DNA from: Heterodontus francisci
Taxonomy: Eukaryota
Length of the DNA stretch: 64,000 bases
NCBI RefSeq assembly: GCF_036365525.1
Contig: NC_090398.1
Coordinates: 6,572,001-6,636,000, forward strand
Direction of reading: 5' to 3'
Part shown: piece by piece, positions 24,501-34,785 of the stretch
Layout: every line of letters starts with the position of its first letter
Position numbering within the stretch: position 1 is the first letter of the stretch
Program-made: the position numbers and the translations under genes
Notes under the pieces: generated by a model
Told to the model about the DNA's origin: nothing
The model's database searches: none
The model's input: the letters and a program-made list of their open reading frames with translations, nothing else

Positions 24501-27500
24501 NNNNNNNNNNNNNNNNNNNNNNNNNNNNNNNNNNNNNNNNNNNNNNNNNNNNNNNNNNNNNNNNNNNNCCCTCCCTCCCTCCTTCATTCCTCCCTTCCCT
24601 CACCCCACCCTCCCTCCCTCCTTCTTCCCACCCATCCCTCACCCCTCCCACCCTCCCTCCATCTTTCCACCCTACCCTCACCCCTCCCACCCTCCCTCCT
24701 CTTACCTCCCTTCCCTCACCCCTCCCTCCCTCCCTCCTTCTTTCCTCCCTTCCCTCACCCCTCCCTCCCTCCCTCCATCTTTCCTCCCATCCCTCACCCC
24801 TCCCACCCTCCCTCCTTCTTTCCTCCCTTCCCACACCCCTCCCTCCCTCCCTCCTTCTTCCTCCCTTCCCTCACCCCTCCCTCCCTCCCTCCTTCTATCN
24901 NNNNNNNNNNNNNNNNNNNNNNNNNNNNNNNNNNNNNNNNNNNNNNNNNNNNNNNNNNNNNNNNNNNNNNNNNNNNNNNNNNNNNNNNNNNNNNNNNNNN
25001 NNNNNNNNNNNNNNNNNNNNNNNNNNNNNNNNNNNNNNNNNNNNNNNNNNNNNNNNNNNNNNNNNNNNNNNCCCTCCCTCCCTCCTTCATTCCTCCCTTC
25101 CCTCACCCCACCCACCCTCCCTCCTTCTTTCCTCCCTTCCCACACCCCTCCCTCCCACCCTCCTTCTTTCCTCCCTTCCTCACCCCTCCCTCCCTCCCTC
25201 CTTCATTCCACCCTTCCCTCACCCCACCCTCCCTCCCTCCTTCTTATCCTCCATCCCCACCCCCTCCCACCCTCCCTCCTTCTTTCCTCCCTTCCCTCAC
25301 CCCTCCCTCCCTCCTCCTTCTTTCCTCCCTCCTCACCCCACCCTCCCTCCCTCCTTCTTTCCTCCCTTCCCTCACCCCTCCCTCCCTCCCTCCTTCTTCC
25401 TCCCTTCCCTCACCCCCTCCCTCCTCCCTCCTTCTTTCNNNNNNNNNNNNNNNNNNNNNNNNNNNNNNNNNNNNNNNNNNNNNNNNNNNNNNNNNNNNNN
25501 NNNNNNNNNNNNNNNNNNNNNNNNNNNNNNNNNNNNNNNNNNNNNNNNNNNNNNNNNNNNNNNNNNNNNNNNNNNNNNNNNNNNNNNNNNNNNNNNNNNN
25601 NNNNNNNNNNNNNNNNNNNNNNNNNNNNNNNNNNNNNNNNNNNNNNNNNNNNNNNNNNNNNNNNNNNNNNNNNNNNNNNNNNNNNNNNNNNNNNNNNNNN
25701 NNNNNNNNNNNNNNNNNNNNNNNNNNNNNNNNNNNNNNNNNNNNNNNNNNNNNNNNNNNNNNNNNNNNNNNNNNNNNNNNNNNNNNNNNNNCCCTCCCTC
25801 CTTCTTCCTCCCTTCCCTCACCCCTCCCTCCCTCCTTCTTTCCTCCCTTCCCTCACCCCTCCCTCCTCCTTCTTTCCTCCCTTCCCTCACCCCTCCCTCC
25901 CTCCTTCTTTCCTCCCTTCCCTCACCCCTCCCTCCCTCCTTCTTTCCTCCCTTCCCTCACCCCTCCCTCNNNNNNNNNNNNNNNNNNNNNNNNNNNNNNN
26001 NNNNNNNNNNNNNNNNNNNNNNNNNNNNNNNNNNNNNNNNNNNNNNNNNNNNNNNNNNNNNNNNNNNNNNNNNNNNNNNNNNNNNNNNNNNNNNNNNNNN
26101 NNNNNNNNNNNNNNNNNNNNNNNNNNNNNNNNNNNNNNNNNNNNNNNNNNNNNNNNNNNNNNNNNNNNNNNNNNNNNNNNNNNNNNNNNNNNNNNNNNNN
26201 NNNNNNNNNNCCCTCCCTCCTTCTTCCTCCCTTCCCTCACCCCTCCCTCCCTCCTTCTTTCCTCCCCTTCCCTCACCCCTCCCTCCCCTCCTTCTTTCNN
26301 NNNNNNNNNNNNNNNNNNNNNNNNNNNNNNNNNNNNNNNNNNNNNNNNNNNNNNNNNNNNNNNNNNNNNNNNNNNNNNNNNNNNNNNNNNNNNNNNNNNN
26401 NNNNNNNNNNNNNNNNNNNNNNNNNNNNNNNNNNNNNNNNNNNNNNNNNNNNNNNNNNNNNNNNNNNNNNNNNNNNNNNNNNNNNNNNNNNNNNNNNNNN
26501 NNNNNNNNNNNNNNNNNNNNNNNNNNNNNNNNNNNNNNNNNNNNNNNNNNNNNNNNNNNNNNNNNNNNNNNNNNNNNNNNNNNNNNNNNNNNNNNNNNNN
26601 NNNNNNNNNNNNNNNNNNNNNNNNNNNNNNNNNNNNNNNNNNNNNNNNNNNNNNNNNNNNNNNNNNNNNNNNNNNNNNNNNNNNNNNNNNNNNNNNNNNN
26701 NNNNNNNNNNNNNNNNNNNNNNNNNNNNNNNNNNNNNNNNNNNNNNNNNNNNNNNNNNNNNNNNNNNNNNNNNNNNNNNNNNNNNNNNNNNNNNNNNNNN
26801 NNNNNNNNNNNNNNNNNNNNNNNNNNNNNNNNNNNNNNNNNNNNNNNNNNNNNNNNNNNNNNNNNNNNNNNNNNNNNNNNNNNNCGCCTTCCTTCTTCAC
26901 CCCTCCCTCCCCTCCTCCCTTCCTTCCCTCACCCCTCCCTCCCTCCTCCTTTCCTTCCCTCACCCCTCCCTCCCTCCCTCCTTTCCTTCCCTCACCCCTC
27001 CCTCCCTCCTCCTTTCCTTCCCTCACCCCTCCCTCCCTCCTCCTTTCCTTCCCTCACCCCTCCCTCCCTCCTCCTTTCCTTCCCTCACCCCTCCCTCCCT
27101 CCTCCTTTCCTTCCCTCACCCCTCCCTCCCTCCTCCTTTCCTTCCCTCACCCCTCCCTCCCTCCTCCTTTCCTTCCCTCACCCCTCCCTCCCTCCTCCCT
27201 TTCCTTCCCTCACCCCTCCTCCCTCCTCCTTTCCTTCCCTCACCCCTCCCTCCCTCCTCCTTTCCTTCCCTCACCCCTCCCTCCCTCCTCCTTTCCTTCC
27301 CTCACCCCTCCCTCCCTCCTCCTTTCCTTCCCTCACCCCTCCTCCCTCCTCCTTTCCTTCCCTCACCCCTCCCTCCCTCCTCCTTTCCTTCCCTCACCCC
27401 TCCCTCCCTCCTCCTTTCCTTCCCTCACCCCTCCCTCCTCCTCCTTTCCTTCCCTCACCCCTCCCTCCCTCCTCCTTTCCTTCCCTCACCCCTCCCTCCC

Positions 27501-27852
27501 TCCTCCTTTCCTTCCCTCACCCCTCCCTCCCTCCTCCTTTCCTTCCCTCACCCCTCCCTCCCTCCTCCTTTCCTTCCCTCACCCCTCCCTCCCTCCTCCT
27601 TTCCTTCCCTCACCCCTCCCTCCCTCCTCCTTTCCTTCCCTCACCCCTCCCTCCCTCCTCCTTTCCTTCCCTCACCCCTCCCTCCCTCCTCCTTTCCTTC
27701 CCTCACCCCTCCCTCCCTCCTCCTTTCCTTCCCTCACCCCTCCCTCCCTCCTCCTTTCCTTCCCTCACCCCCTCCCCTCCTCCTCCTTTCCTTCCCTCAC
27801 CCCATCCCTCCCTCCTCCTTTCCTTCCCTCACCCCTCCCTCCCTCACCCCTC
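12535..27852. repeat. ~15-kb polypyrimidine/polypurine satellite (core CCCTCACCCCTCCCTCCCTCCTCCTTTCCTT, ~31 bp) with many N-masked blocks
   Basis: Almost purely C/T on +; homogeneous 31-bp units at 26900-27850. Confidence 0.95.
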
Positions 27853-27874
27853 TGAGTGAATCTCAGACACTCAC

Positions 27875-28265
27875 CTGGCCACCAGGTAACTTCTTTCTGC
27901 TGTCAGCTGCAGACAGAGTCCTGCTCCTTGCTGCCGGACTGATCTCTTTCTGTCTCCCTCTGTCACCGGGGGGGCTCCGCCTGGGCTCGGCCGCTCACTT
28001 TTCCCCCTTCTCCAAGGAAGCAGCAAAGTTGGGAGCCAAATCCGACACCCGCCTCACCGAGGACGCAAACTCCGGCAAGATAAAAAGCTGCCGCCTCGGT
28101 TCCTTTCGCCACCGTTCCGTCCTCTTTAACTCTACCAGCCAAGCCCTGAATGACACCGGGGTAATGGACAGGCTCCCAGCTGCGTCTCTTACTCGCCGGA
28201 GCTGCGCCCCGTTCCCAGCCCTTTGCACCGATCCCGAAGAGTTTTTTTTTTCCTGGCGCTCGGGC
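27875..28265 (-). other. Probable non-coding first exon (5'UTR) of an unidentified minus-strand gene
   Basis: Perfect donor CAG|GTGAGT at 27875/27874; CpG-rich unique sequence; no ATG on - strand across the interval; directly downstream of a GC-box cluster. Confidence 0.6.
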
Positions 28266-28269
28266 GAGT

Positions 28270-28510
28270 GACAGCCCCGCCCTCATTAGCATAGCCACGC
28301 CCCTCCTGTCACAAAGCCACGCCCCATCTATTAGCATAGCCACGCCCCCTCCCCGGTCATCTTGGGACCCCGCCCCTGACATTTGTAATCCTTGGAGCTC
28401 CGCCCATCTCATTTGCATCCGATAGAGCCCCGCCCACTTGGCCCCAACCCCGCCCACTTGGCGCCAACCCGCCCACGGCCGGCGCGCATGACGCGACCAA
28501 CGCCCCCAGC
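28270..28510 (-). promoter_or_regulatory. CpG-island promoter: multiple Sp/KLF boxes, octamer sites
   Basis: CCCCGCCC and GCCACGCCCC repeated about 8 times; ATTTGCAT at 28411-28418; duplicated ATTAGCATAGCCACGCCCC at ~28285 and ~28330. Confidence 0.75.
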
Positions 28511-28656
28511 AGCCCCTTTCCTCTGAAACTTTGCCAACTTTAAAATCCATTTTTGATCCCCGCCGAATATTTAACTCATTAACGGAATGAAGAATCGATT
28601 ATTAACTGTTTATAATTTTCACATTTGGTAGTCGGCATTTGGTGCACCTCCCCGGG

Positions 28657-28670
28657 GTTGCCATGGAAAC
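28657..28670. promoter_or_regulatory. RFX X-box GTTGCCATGGAAAC
   Basis: 13/14 match to palindromic consensus GTTGCCATGGCAAC within promoter region. Confidence 0.7.
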
Positions 28671-28829
28671 AGGGCAGGGCTGGGAGCAGGGAGTCAAAGG
28701 GCAATCCTCAGAAAATGTAAATTGAATTCAATTAGCAATATTTCCCTCAGAGCTGAAACATCTCTTATTTTGATCCACTTTCCTTTTTATTGAGTAGAAG
28801 GAGAAAAAAAATAATAACGGTTTTAGTGG

Positions 28830-28895
28830 AAAGACGGCGCGCGCGATGACGTCATAACGCCCGGCGTCGTGACGCACGGCGCGTAAAACCCAACG
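28830..28895. promoter_or_regulatory. CpG cluster with CRE (TGACGTCA, 28847-28854) and E2F-like GGCGCG motifs; possible divergent (+) promoter
   Basis: GACGGCGCGCGCGATGACGTCATAACGCCCGGCGTCGTGACGCACGGCGCG. Confidence 0.55.
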
Positions 28896-29003
28896 GCACT
28901 TTTTTTTTGAGACAGAAACTGTTCTATTTTTGACCTCTTTCCGCAAAAATAAAACTTTAGGAAAAAGTGAAATAAGTCTCCGGAACAAGGGAAATTAATT
29001 TGA

Positions 29004-29203
29004 NNNNNNNNNNNNNNNNNNNNNNNNNNNNNNNNNNNNNNNNNNNNNNNNNNNNNNNNNNNNNNNNNNNNNNNNNNNNNNNNNNNNNNNNNNNNNNNNN
29101 NNNNNNNNNNNNNNNNNNNNNNNNNNNNNNNNNNNNNNNNNNNNNNNNNNNNNNNNNNNNNNNNNNNNNNNNNNNNNNNNNNNNNNNNNNNNNNNNNNNN
29201 NNN
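29004..29203. other. Scaffold gap (exactly 200 N)
   Basis: Round-number N run between unrelated sequences. Confidence 0.95.
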
Positions 29204-29214
29204 GCCAGTTCCCG

Positions 29215-30075
29215 CAGTGAAGGCGGGGCCCCAGCGAGGGGGCGAGGTTCCCTTGGTGAAGGCGGGGCCCAGCGAGGGGGCGGGTTCTCAGTAAAGGTGG
29301 GGTCCAGCGAGGGGGCGGGTTCTCAGTAAAGGCGGGGCCCAGCGAGGGGGCGGGTTCTCCGTCAAGGCGGGGCGCAGCGAGGGGCGGGTTCTCAGTAAAG
29401 GCGGGGCCCAGCGAGGGGGCAGATTCTCAGTAAAGGCGCAGCCCAGCGAGGGGGCGGGTTCTCAGTAAAGGCGGGGCCCAGCGAGGGGGCGGGTTCTCAG
29501 TAAAGGCGGGGCCCAGCGAGGGGGCGGGTTCTCAGTAAAGGCGGGGCCCAGCGAGGGGGCAGGTTCTCAGTAAAGGCGGGGCCCAGCGAGGGGGCGGGTT
29601 CTCAGTAAAGGCGGGGCCCAGCGAGGGGGCGGGTTCTCAGTAAAGGCGCGGCCCAGCGAGGGGGCGGGTTCTCAGTAAAGGCGGGGTCCAGCGAGGGGGC
29701 GGGTTCTCAGTAAAGGCGCGGCCCAGCGAGGGGGCGGGTTCTCAGTAAAGGCGGGGCGCAGCGAGGGGCGGGTTCTCAGTAAAGGCGGGGCCCAGCGAGG
29801 GGGCAGATTCTCAGTAAAGGCGCAGCCCAGCGAGGGGGCGGGTTCTCAGTAAAGGCGGGGCCCAGCGAGGGGGCGGGTTCTCAGTAAAGGCGGGGCCCAG
29901 CGAGGGGGCGGGTTCTCAGTAAAGGCAGGGCCCAGCGAGGGGGCAGGTTCTCAGTAAAGGCGGGGCCCAGCGAGGGGGCGGGTTCTCAGTAAAGGCGTGG
30001 CCCAGCGAGGGGGCGGGTTCTCAGTAAAGGCGGGGCCCAGCGAGGGGGCGGGTTCTCAGTAAAGGCGGGGCCTCA
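29215..30075. repeat. 35-bp GC-rich minisatellite (GGCGGGGCCCAGCGAGGGGGCGGGTTCTCAGTAAA), ~24 copies, SSRP1 intron
   Basis: Tandem periodicity. Confidence 0.96.
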
Positions 30076-30128
30076 GTGGAGCTGAGATTTGGGCAGGGCC
30101 TAACTCTACCCTCCCACCTCCTGCCCAG

Positions 30129-30258
30129 ATATGACAGTAACGCCGGCGGCAGCTCCTCCAGCAGCAATGAGGACGAGAGTGAGGGCGAGAAGGTCAGCAA
30201 AGTTCCAGCAAAGAGAGCCAAGGTCGTCAAGGAGAAAACCAAAAAGAAAAGACCAGAG
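30129..30258 (+). CDS. SSRP1: FACT complex subunit SSRP1, internal exon (acidic/basic linker YDSNAGGSSSSSNEDESEGEK...KKKRPE)
   Basis: CAG acceptor 30126-28, GT donor 30259; aligns to FDSNASASSSSNEGDSD of vertebrate SSRP1; in phase with next exon. Confidence 0.9.
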
Positions 30259-30302
30259 GTAAACTCTGACCTTTCACCCTCCAACTCCTGGGGTGAAACA
30301 CA

Positions 30303-30607
30303 AAGAGGGAACTTTACTCTGTATCAAACCCCGTATTGTACCTGTCCTGAGAGTGTTTGATGGGACAGTGTAGAGGGAGCTTTACTCTGTATCTAACCCC
30401 ATACGGTACCTGTCCTGGGAGTGTTTGATGGGGACAGTGCAGAGGGAAATTTACTCTGTATCTAACCCTGTGCTGTACCTGTCCTGGGAGTGTTTGATGG
30501 GGACAGTGCAGAGGGAGCTTTACTCTGTATCTAACCCCGTACTGTACCTGTCCTAGGAGTGTTTGATGGGGACAGTGCAGAGGGAGCTTTACTCTGTATC
30601 TAACCCA
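30303..30607. repeat. 69-bp dispersed minisatellite, same family as 2941-3250, ~4.4 copies
   Basis: Near-identical unit sequence. Confidence 0.93.
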
Positions 30608-30634
30608 TGGTGTTTAATCTTTGTTACTGTGTAG

Positions 30635-30811
30635 ACGAAGAAGTCAAAGGACAAGGATCCCAATGCTCCCAAGCGGCCCATGTCTGCCTATATGTTGTGG
30701 TTGAATGCGAGCAGAGAGAAGATCAAGGCTGACAATCCCGGGATCAGCATCACAGAATTATCGAAGAAAGCGGGAGAGCTGTGGAAATCCATGAGTAAGG
30801 ATAAGAAGGAG
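30635..30811 (+). CDS. SSRP1: SSRP1 exon, HMG box N-part (KDPNAPKRPMSAYMLWLNASREKIKADNPGISITELSKKAGELWKSMSKDKKE)
   Basis: TAG acceptor, GTAAG donor; near-identical to the SSRP1 HMG box. Confidence 0.97.
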
Positions 30812-30844
30812 GTAAGGAGTTGAGTTCTATCTTGGTATCTCACA

Positions 30845-31125
30845 AAGCTCCGCCCCTGCCTCTCAACACATCTGCTGCTGAAACCCTGGGTCTGTTCCCT
30901 TTCTCAGCTCCAGACTCAACAAATCCAACACTGTCCCTGACCAGAGGCCCAGTTTCCACTCTCCGTAACCATTAACTTATCTGAAAGTCCCCTTTCCCGT
31001 ATCCGAACTTGCACCCATCACCCTCCCCGACCTACACTGACTCTCCGTTCAACAACACTTCCATTTTAAAATTCACATCCTCCAGTTCAAATCCCAACAT
31101 GGTCAACTCATCCCCTCCCTATCTG
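30845..31125 (+). mobile_element. Degenerate L2-like LINE RT C-terminal fragment
   Basis: Similar to 62030-62310 (CGCCCCTGCCTC..CATCTGCTGCTGAAACCCT...TTTTAAAATTCACATCCT..TTCAAATCCC..CCCCTCCCTATCT). Confidence 0.65.
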
Positions 31126-32485
31126 TCTTAGGCAAAATGTTAGAAGCTATTATTAAAGACGTTATAGCAGGGAATTTAGAAAAATTCAAGGTAATCAGGC
31201 AAAGTCAACATGATTTTGTGAAAGGGAAACCATGTTTAACCCGTTTATTGGAGTTCTTTGAGGGAGTTACATGTGCTGTGGATAAGGGGGAACCGGTGGA
31301 TGTACTGTACTTAGAATTCCAGAAGGCATTTGATAAGGTGCCACATCAAAGGTTATTGCAGAAAATAAAAGCTCATGGTGTAAGGGGAACCGAGTCAGCG
31401 AGGATTTTTGCATGTATAGATGATTGGCTAGTTAATGAAACACAGTCGACATAAATGGGTCCTTTTCTGGTTGGCAAAATGTAACGAGTGGTGTGTCACA
31501 GGGATCCGTGCTGGGGCCTCAACTTTTCCAATTTATATAAGTGACTTTGATGAAGGGACCGAAGGTATGGTTGTCAAATGTGCCGATGACACAAAGATAG
31601 GTAGGTAAGTAAGCTGTGAAGAGGACAAAAGGAGGCTACAAAGGGATATAGATTAGTTAAGTGAGTGGGCAAAGATCTGGCAAATGGAGTTTAATGTGGG
31701 AAAGAGTGAAATTGTCCATTTTGGCAGGAAGAATAAAAAAGAAGCATATTATCTAAATGGTGAGAGATTGCAGAGCTCTGAGATGCAGAGGGATCTGGGT
31801 GTCCGAGTGCATGAATCACAAAAGGTTAGTATGCAGGTACAGCACGTAATTAGGAAAGCTAAGAGAATGTTATTGTTTATCACGAGGGGAATTGAATACA
31901 AAAGTAGGGCGGTTATGCTTCAGCTATACAGGGCATTGGTGAGACCACATCTGGAATACTGTATACCAGTACTGGTCTCCTTATTTAAGGAAGGATGTAA
32001 ATGCGTTGGAGACAGTACAGAGCAGGTTTACTAGACTAATACCTGGAATGGGCGGGTTGTCTTACGAGGAAAGATTGAACAGGCTCGGCTTGTATCCACT
32101 GGAATTTAGAAGAGTAAGAGGCGACTTGATTGAAACAAAGATCCTGAGGGGTCTTGACAGGGTGGATGTGGAAAGGATGTTTCCCCTTGTGGGAGAATCT
32201 AGAACTAGGGGTCACTGTTTAAAAATAAGGGGTCGCCCATTTAAGACAGAGGTGAGGAGAAATTTTTCTCTCGGAGGGTGGTGAGTCTTTGGAATTCTCT
32301 TCCTCAAAGGGTGGTGGAAGCAGAGTCTTTGAATATTTTTAAGGCAGAGGTAGATAGATTCTTGATAAGAAAGGGGGTGAAAGGTTATTGGGGGTAGGAG
32401 GGAATGTGGAGTTGAGATTACAAACTGAAAGGCGTAGCAGGCTTGACGGACCGAGTGGCCTACTCCTGCCCCTAATGTTTGTACG
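31126..32485 (+). mobile_element. CR1 (HER1-like) LINE, 5'-truncated RT + 3'UTR, decayed
   Basis: SQHDFVKGKPCLTRLLEFFE, FQKAFDKVPHQRLL, QGSVLGP, ADDTK, LYRALVRPHLEYC, LEFRRVRGDLIE; tail GGACCGAGTGGCCTACTCCTG. Confidence 0.93.
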
Positions 32486-32519
32486 CTGTTGACGCTGCTG
32501 TATGTATGACTCAGTTACC

Positions 32520-33378
32520 TCTCGCTGACTCGGTCACTCTCTCCCCCTCCCGCCCTCGCTGACTCGGTCACTCTCCCCCTCCCGCCCTCGCTGACCCGGT
32601 CTCCTCCCCCTCCCGCCCTCGCTGACCCGGTCTCCTCCCCCTCCCGCCCTCGCTGACCCGGTCTCCTCCCCCTCCCGCCCTCGCTGACCCGGTCTCCTCC
32701 CCCTCCCGCCCTCGCTGACCCGGTCTCCTCCCCCTCCCGCCCTCGCTGACCCGGTCTCCTCCCCCTCCCGCCCTCGCTGACCCGGTCTCCTCCCCCTCCC
32801 GCCCTCGCTGACCCGGTCTCCTCCCCCTCCCGCCCTCGCTGACCCGGTCTCCTCCCCCTCCCGCCCTCGCTGACCCGGTCTCCTCCCCCTCCCGCCCTCG
32901 CTGACCCGGTCTCCTCCCCCTCCCGCCCTCGCTGACCCAGTCTCCTCCCCCTCCCGCCCTCGCTGACCCGGTCTCCTCCCCCTCCCGCCCTCGCTGACCC
33001 GGTCTCCTCCCCCTCCCGCCCTCGCTGACCCGGTCTCCTCCCCCTCCCGCCCTCGCTGACCCGGTCTCCTCCCCCTCCCGCCCTCGCTGACCCGGTCTCC
33101 TCCCCCTCCCGCCCTCGCTGACCCGGTCTCCTCCCCCTCCCGCCCTCGCTGACCCGGTCTCCTCCCCCTCCCGCCCTCGCTGACCCGGTCTCCTCCCCCT
33201 CCCGCCCTCGCTGACCCGGTCTCCTCCCCCTCCCGCCCTCGCTGACCCGGTCACTCTCTCTCTCTCCCCCCTCCCGCCCTCGCTGACTCGGTCTCTCTCT
33301 CTCTCTCCCCCTCCCGCCCTCGCTGACTCGGTCTCTCTCTCTCTCTCCCCCTCCCGCCCTCGCTGACTCGGTCTCTCC
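32520..33378. repeat. 31-bp minisatellite (CTCCTCCCCCTCCCGCCCTCGCTGACCCGGT), ~27 copies, abutting SSRP1 acceptor
   Basis: Near-perfect tandem units. Confidence 0.96.
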
Positions 33379-33395
33379 TCCGAATTTCTTCCCAG

Positions 33396-33493
33396 GAGTG
33401 GGACGCCAAAGCTGTTACTGCGAAGAAAGATTACGAGAAAAAGATGGAAGAATACAAGAGGAGCGGAAAGGCCGAGTCCTTCAAAAAGAAAAA
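33396..33493 (+). CDS. SSRP1: SSRP1 exon, HMG box C-part (EWDAKAVTAKKDYEKKMEEYKRSGKAESFKKK)
   Basis: CAG acceptor, GTAAG donor (phase 2); aligns to EWDRKAEDARRDYEKAMKEY. Confidence 0.95.
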
Positions 33494-34099
33494 GTAAGCG
33501 GGAATGGGGGGTGCGGGGGTGGTGGTGGGAGGGGAAGGAGGGTGGGAGAGCAGCTGCATGGATGGAAAAGTGAGGCGGGACCTCCTGAGGGTGGGAGTCA
33601 GCTAGAGGGGGCAGGGGTAGAGGGTTAGGAGCGAGGGGGTTGGGGGCAGGTGGAGAGGGGTAGGAACGAGGGAGATGGTTGGGGCGAGAGTGTTTGGAGC
33701 GATGGGGCTGTGGGAGGGGGTAGGAGCGAGAGGGTTGGGAGCGAGGGGGATGGGGAAGAGATTTGGGAGTGAGGGTGTGGGGGAGAGGGGTGGGAGCAAG
33801 GGGGCTGGGGAAGAGGGATAGGGGAGAAAGGGCAGGGTGAGAGTGTTGGGAGTGAGGGGGGTCAGCAAGAGGGCCAGGAGTGAAGGAGGATGGGGAGCTC
33901 AGTTGTTTGCACTTTCTGATCCTGCCAGAGATCAGAGCAACTGTGAAGCCACGACAGCCGAATATCCTACTTGTGCGTTGTCCTTTCTTGGCAGGAGTTT
34001 ATTTTCTGAGAGTCCCCGTCCCCATGACAAATTGACGCAGCGGCAGATTGAGGCTAATCGACTTGGTGTGGCTTCACGCAGTGGCTTTCCTGCAACCCC

Positions 34100-34100
<1 letters not shown>

Positions 34101-34169
<69 letters not shown>
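34101..34169. repeat. Homopolymer C69 in SSRP1 intron
   Basis: Uninterrupted C run. Confidence 0.9.
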
Positions 34170-34172
<3 letters not shown>

Positions 34173-34216
34173 ATGCTGAACCTTGCTAACACACCCCCCT
34201 GTTCCCCTCTCTTCAG

Positions 34217-34358
34217 GGAGACTCCCAAGAAGGCGAAGGGTAAAAGTGAGAAGCAGCCACCGCCTCGCTCCGTATCGAAGAGCCCTGTGAAAGGGATCAG
34301 TGACAGTTTTAAGAGTAAAGAGTTTGTGTCAAGTGATGAGAGTTCCTCCGAGAGCGAG
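34217..34358 (+). CDS. SSRP1: SSRP1 exon (ETPKKAKGKSEK...ISDSFKSKEFVSSDESSSESE)
   Basis: CAG acceptor, GTGAGT donor; conserved SFKSKEFVSSDESSS motif. Confidence 0.96.
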
Positions 34359-34446
34359 GTGAGTGTTGGGAATGGGGGGGAAGGGGTGTCCCGGAGAGGG
34401 GTGCAGCGACGGAACTCTCACTAATGCTGATTCACTCTCTTGGCAG

Positions 34447-34509
34447 GGTTCGGACCAGGAGAAAGCCGCCAGCACTCCCGCCACCTCTGAGGAATCTGGC
34501 TCCGACTAG
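34447..34509 (+). CDS. SSRP1: SSRP1 last coding exon (GSDQEKAASTPATSEESGSD*)
   Basis: CAG acceptor, phase 0; matches ASTPPSSEDSASGSDE C-terminus; TAG at 34507-09. Confidence 0.93.
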   Translation, partial: GSDQEKAASTPATSEESGSD

Positions 34510-34785
34510 GGGTGTGTGATCCCCTCTGCCGTCATTTCAGAGTGGAACGGGAGGGGTGAAGAAGGGAGGTCCGAGGACTCGGGAACAAACAAGCTCTTCT
34601 CCCCCCACCCCCCACACAAGCAAAACAGCGCACGTCTGCTGCGATCAGTTTACTCAGCCCCAGACATTGAGAGTTAGGGTGAAGTCCCCTTGGTCGAATT
34701 GCCATGGGTAATCTCTCCCACAAACCACCTCTTTTTTTCTTTTCTCCCGTCCGCTGACTGTGTCTGACTTTGAAGTTCAAGTTTC

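Noticed and set aside
27875-28228. Minus frame with a single in-frame TGA (possible selenoprotein) or snRNA-type gene behind the octamer
   Set aside because: No ATG start, no recognisable homology or SECIS, no match to snRNAs I can recall; the splice donor favours a 5'UTR exon.
12453-28271. 5272-, 5063- and 3277-aa Pro/Ser/Leu ORFs
   Set aside because: Stop-free only because the strand is nearly pure C/T plus N; not genes.
33915-34095. H/ACA snoRNA, SECIS or RNase MRP assignment for the intronic hairpin
   Set aside because: An AGAGCA H-like box is present but there is no properly placed ACA; AUGA/AA spacing is wrong for SECIS; only a short GAGAGTCCCCG resemblance to MRP.
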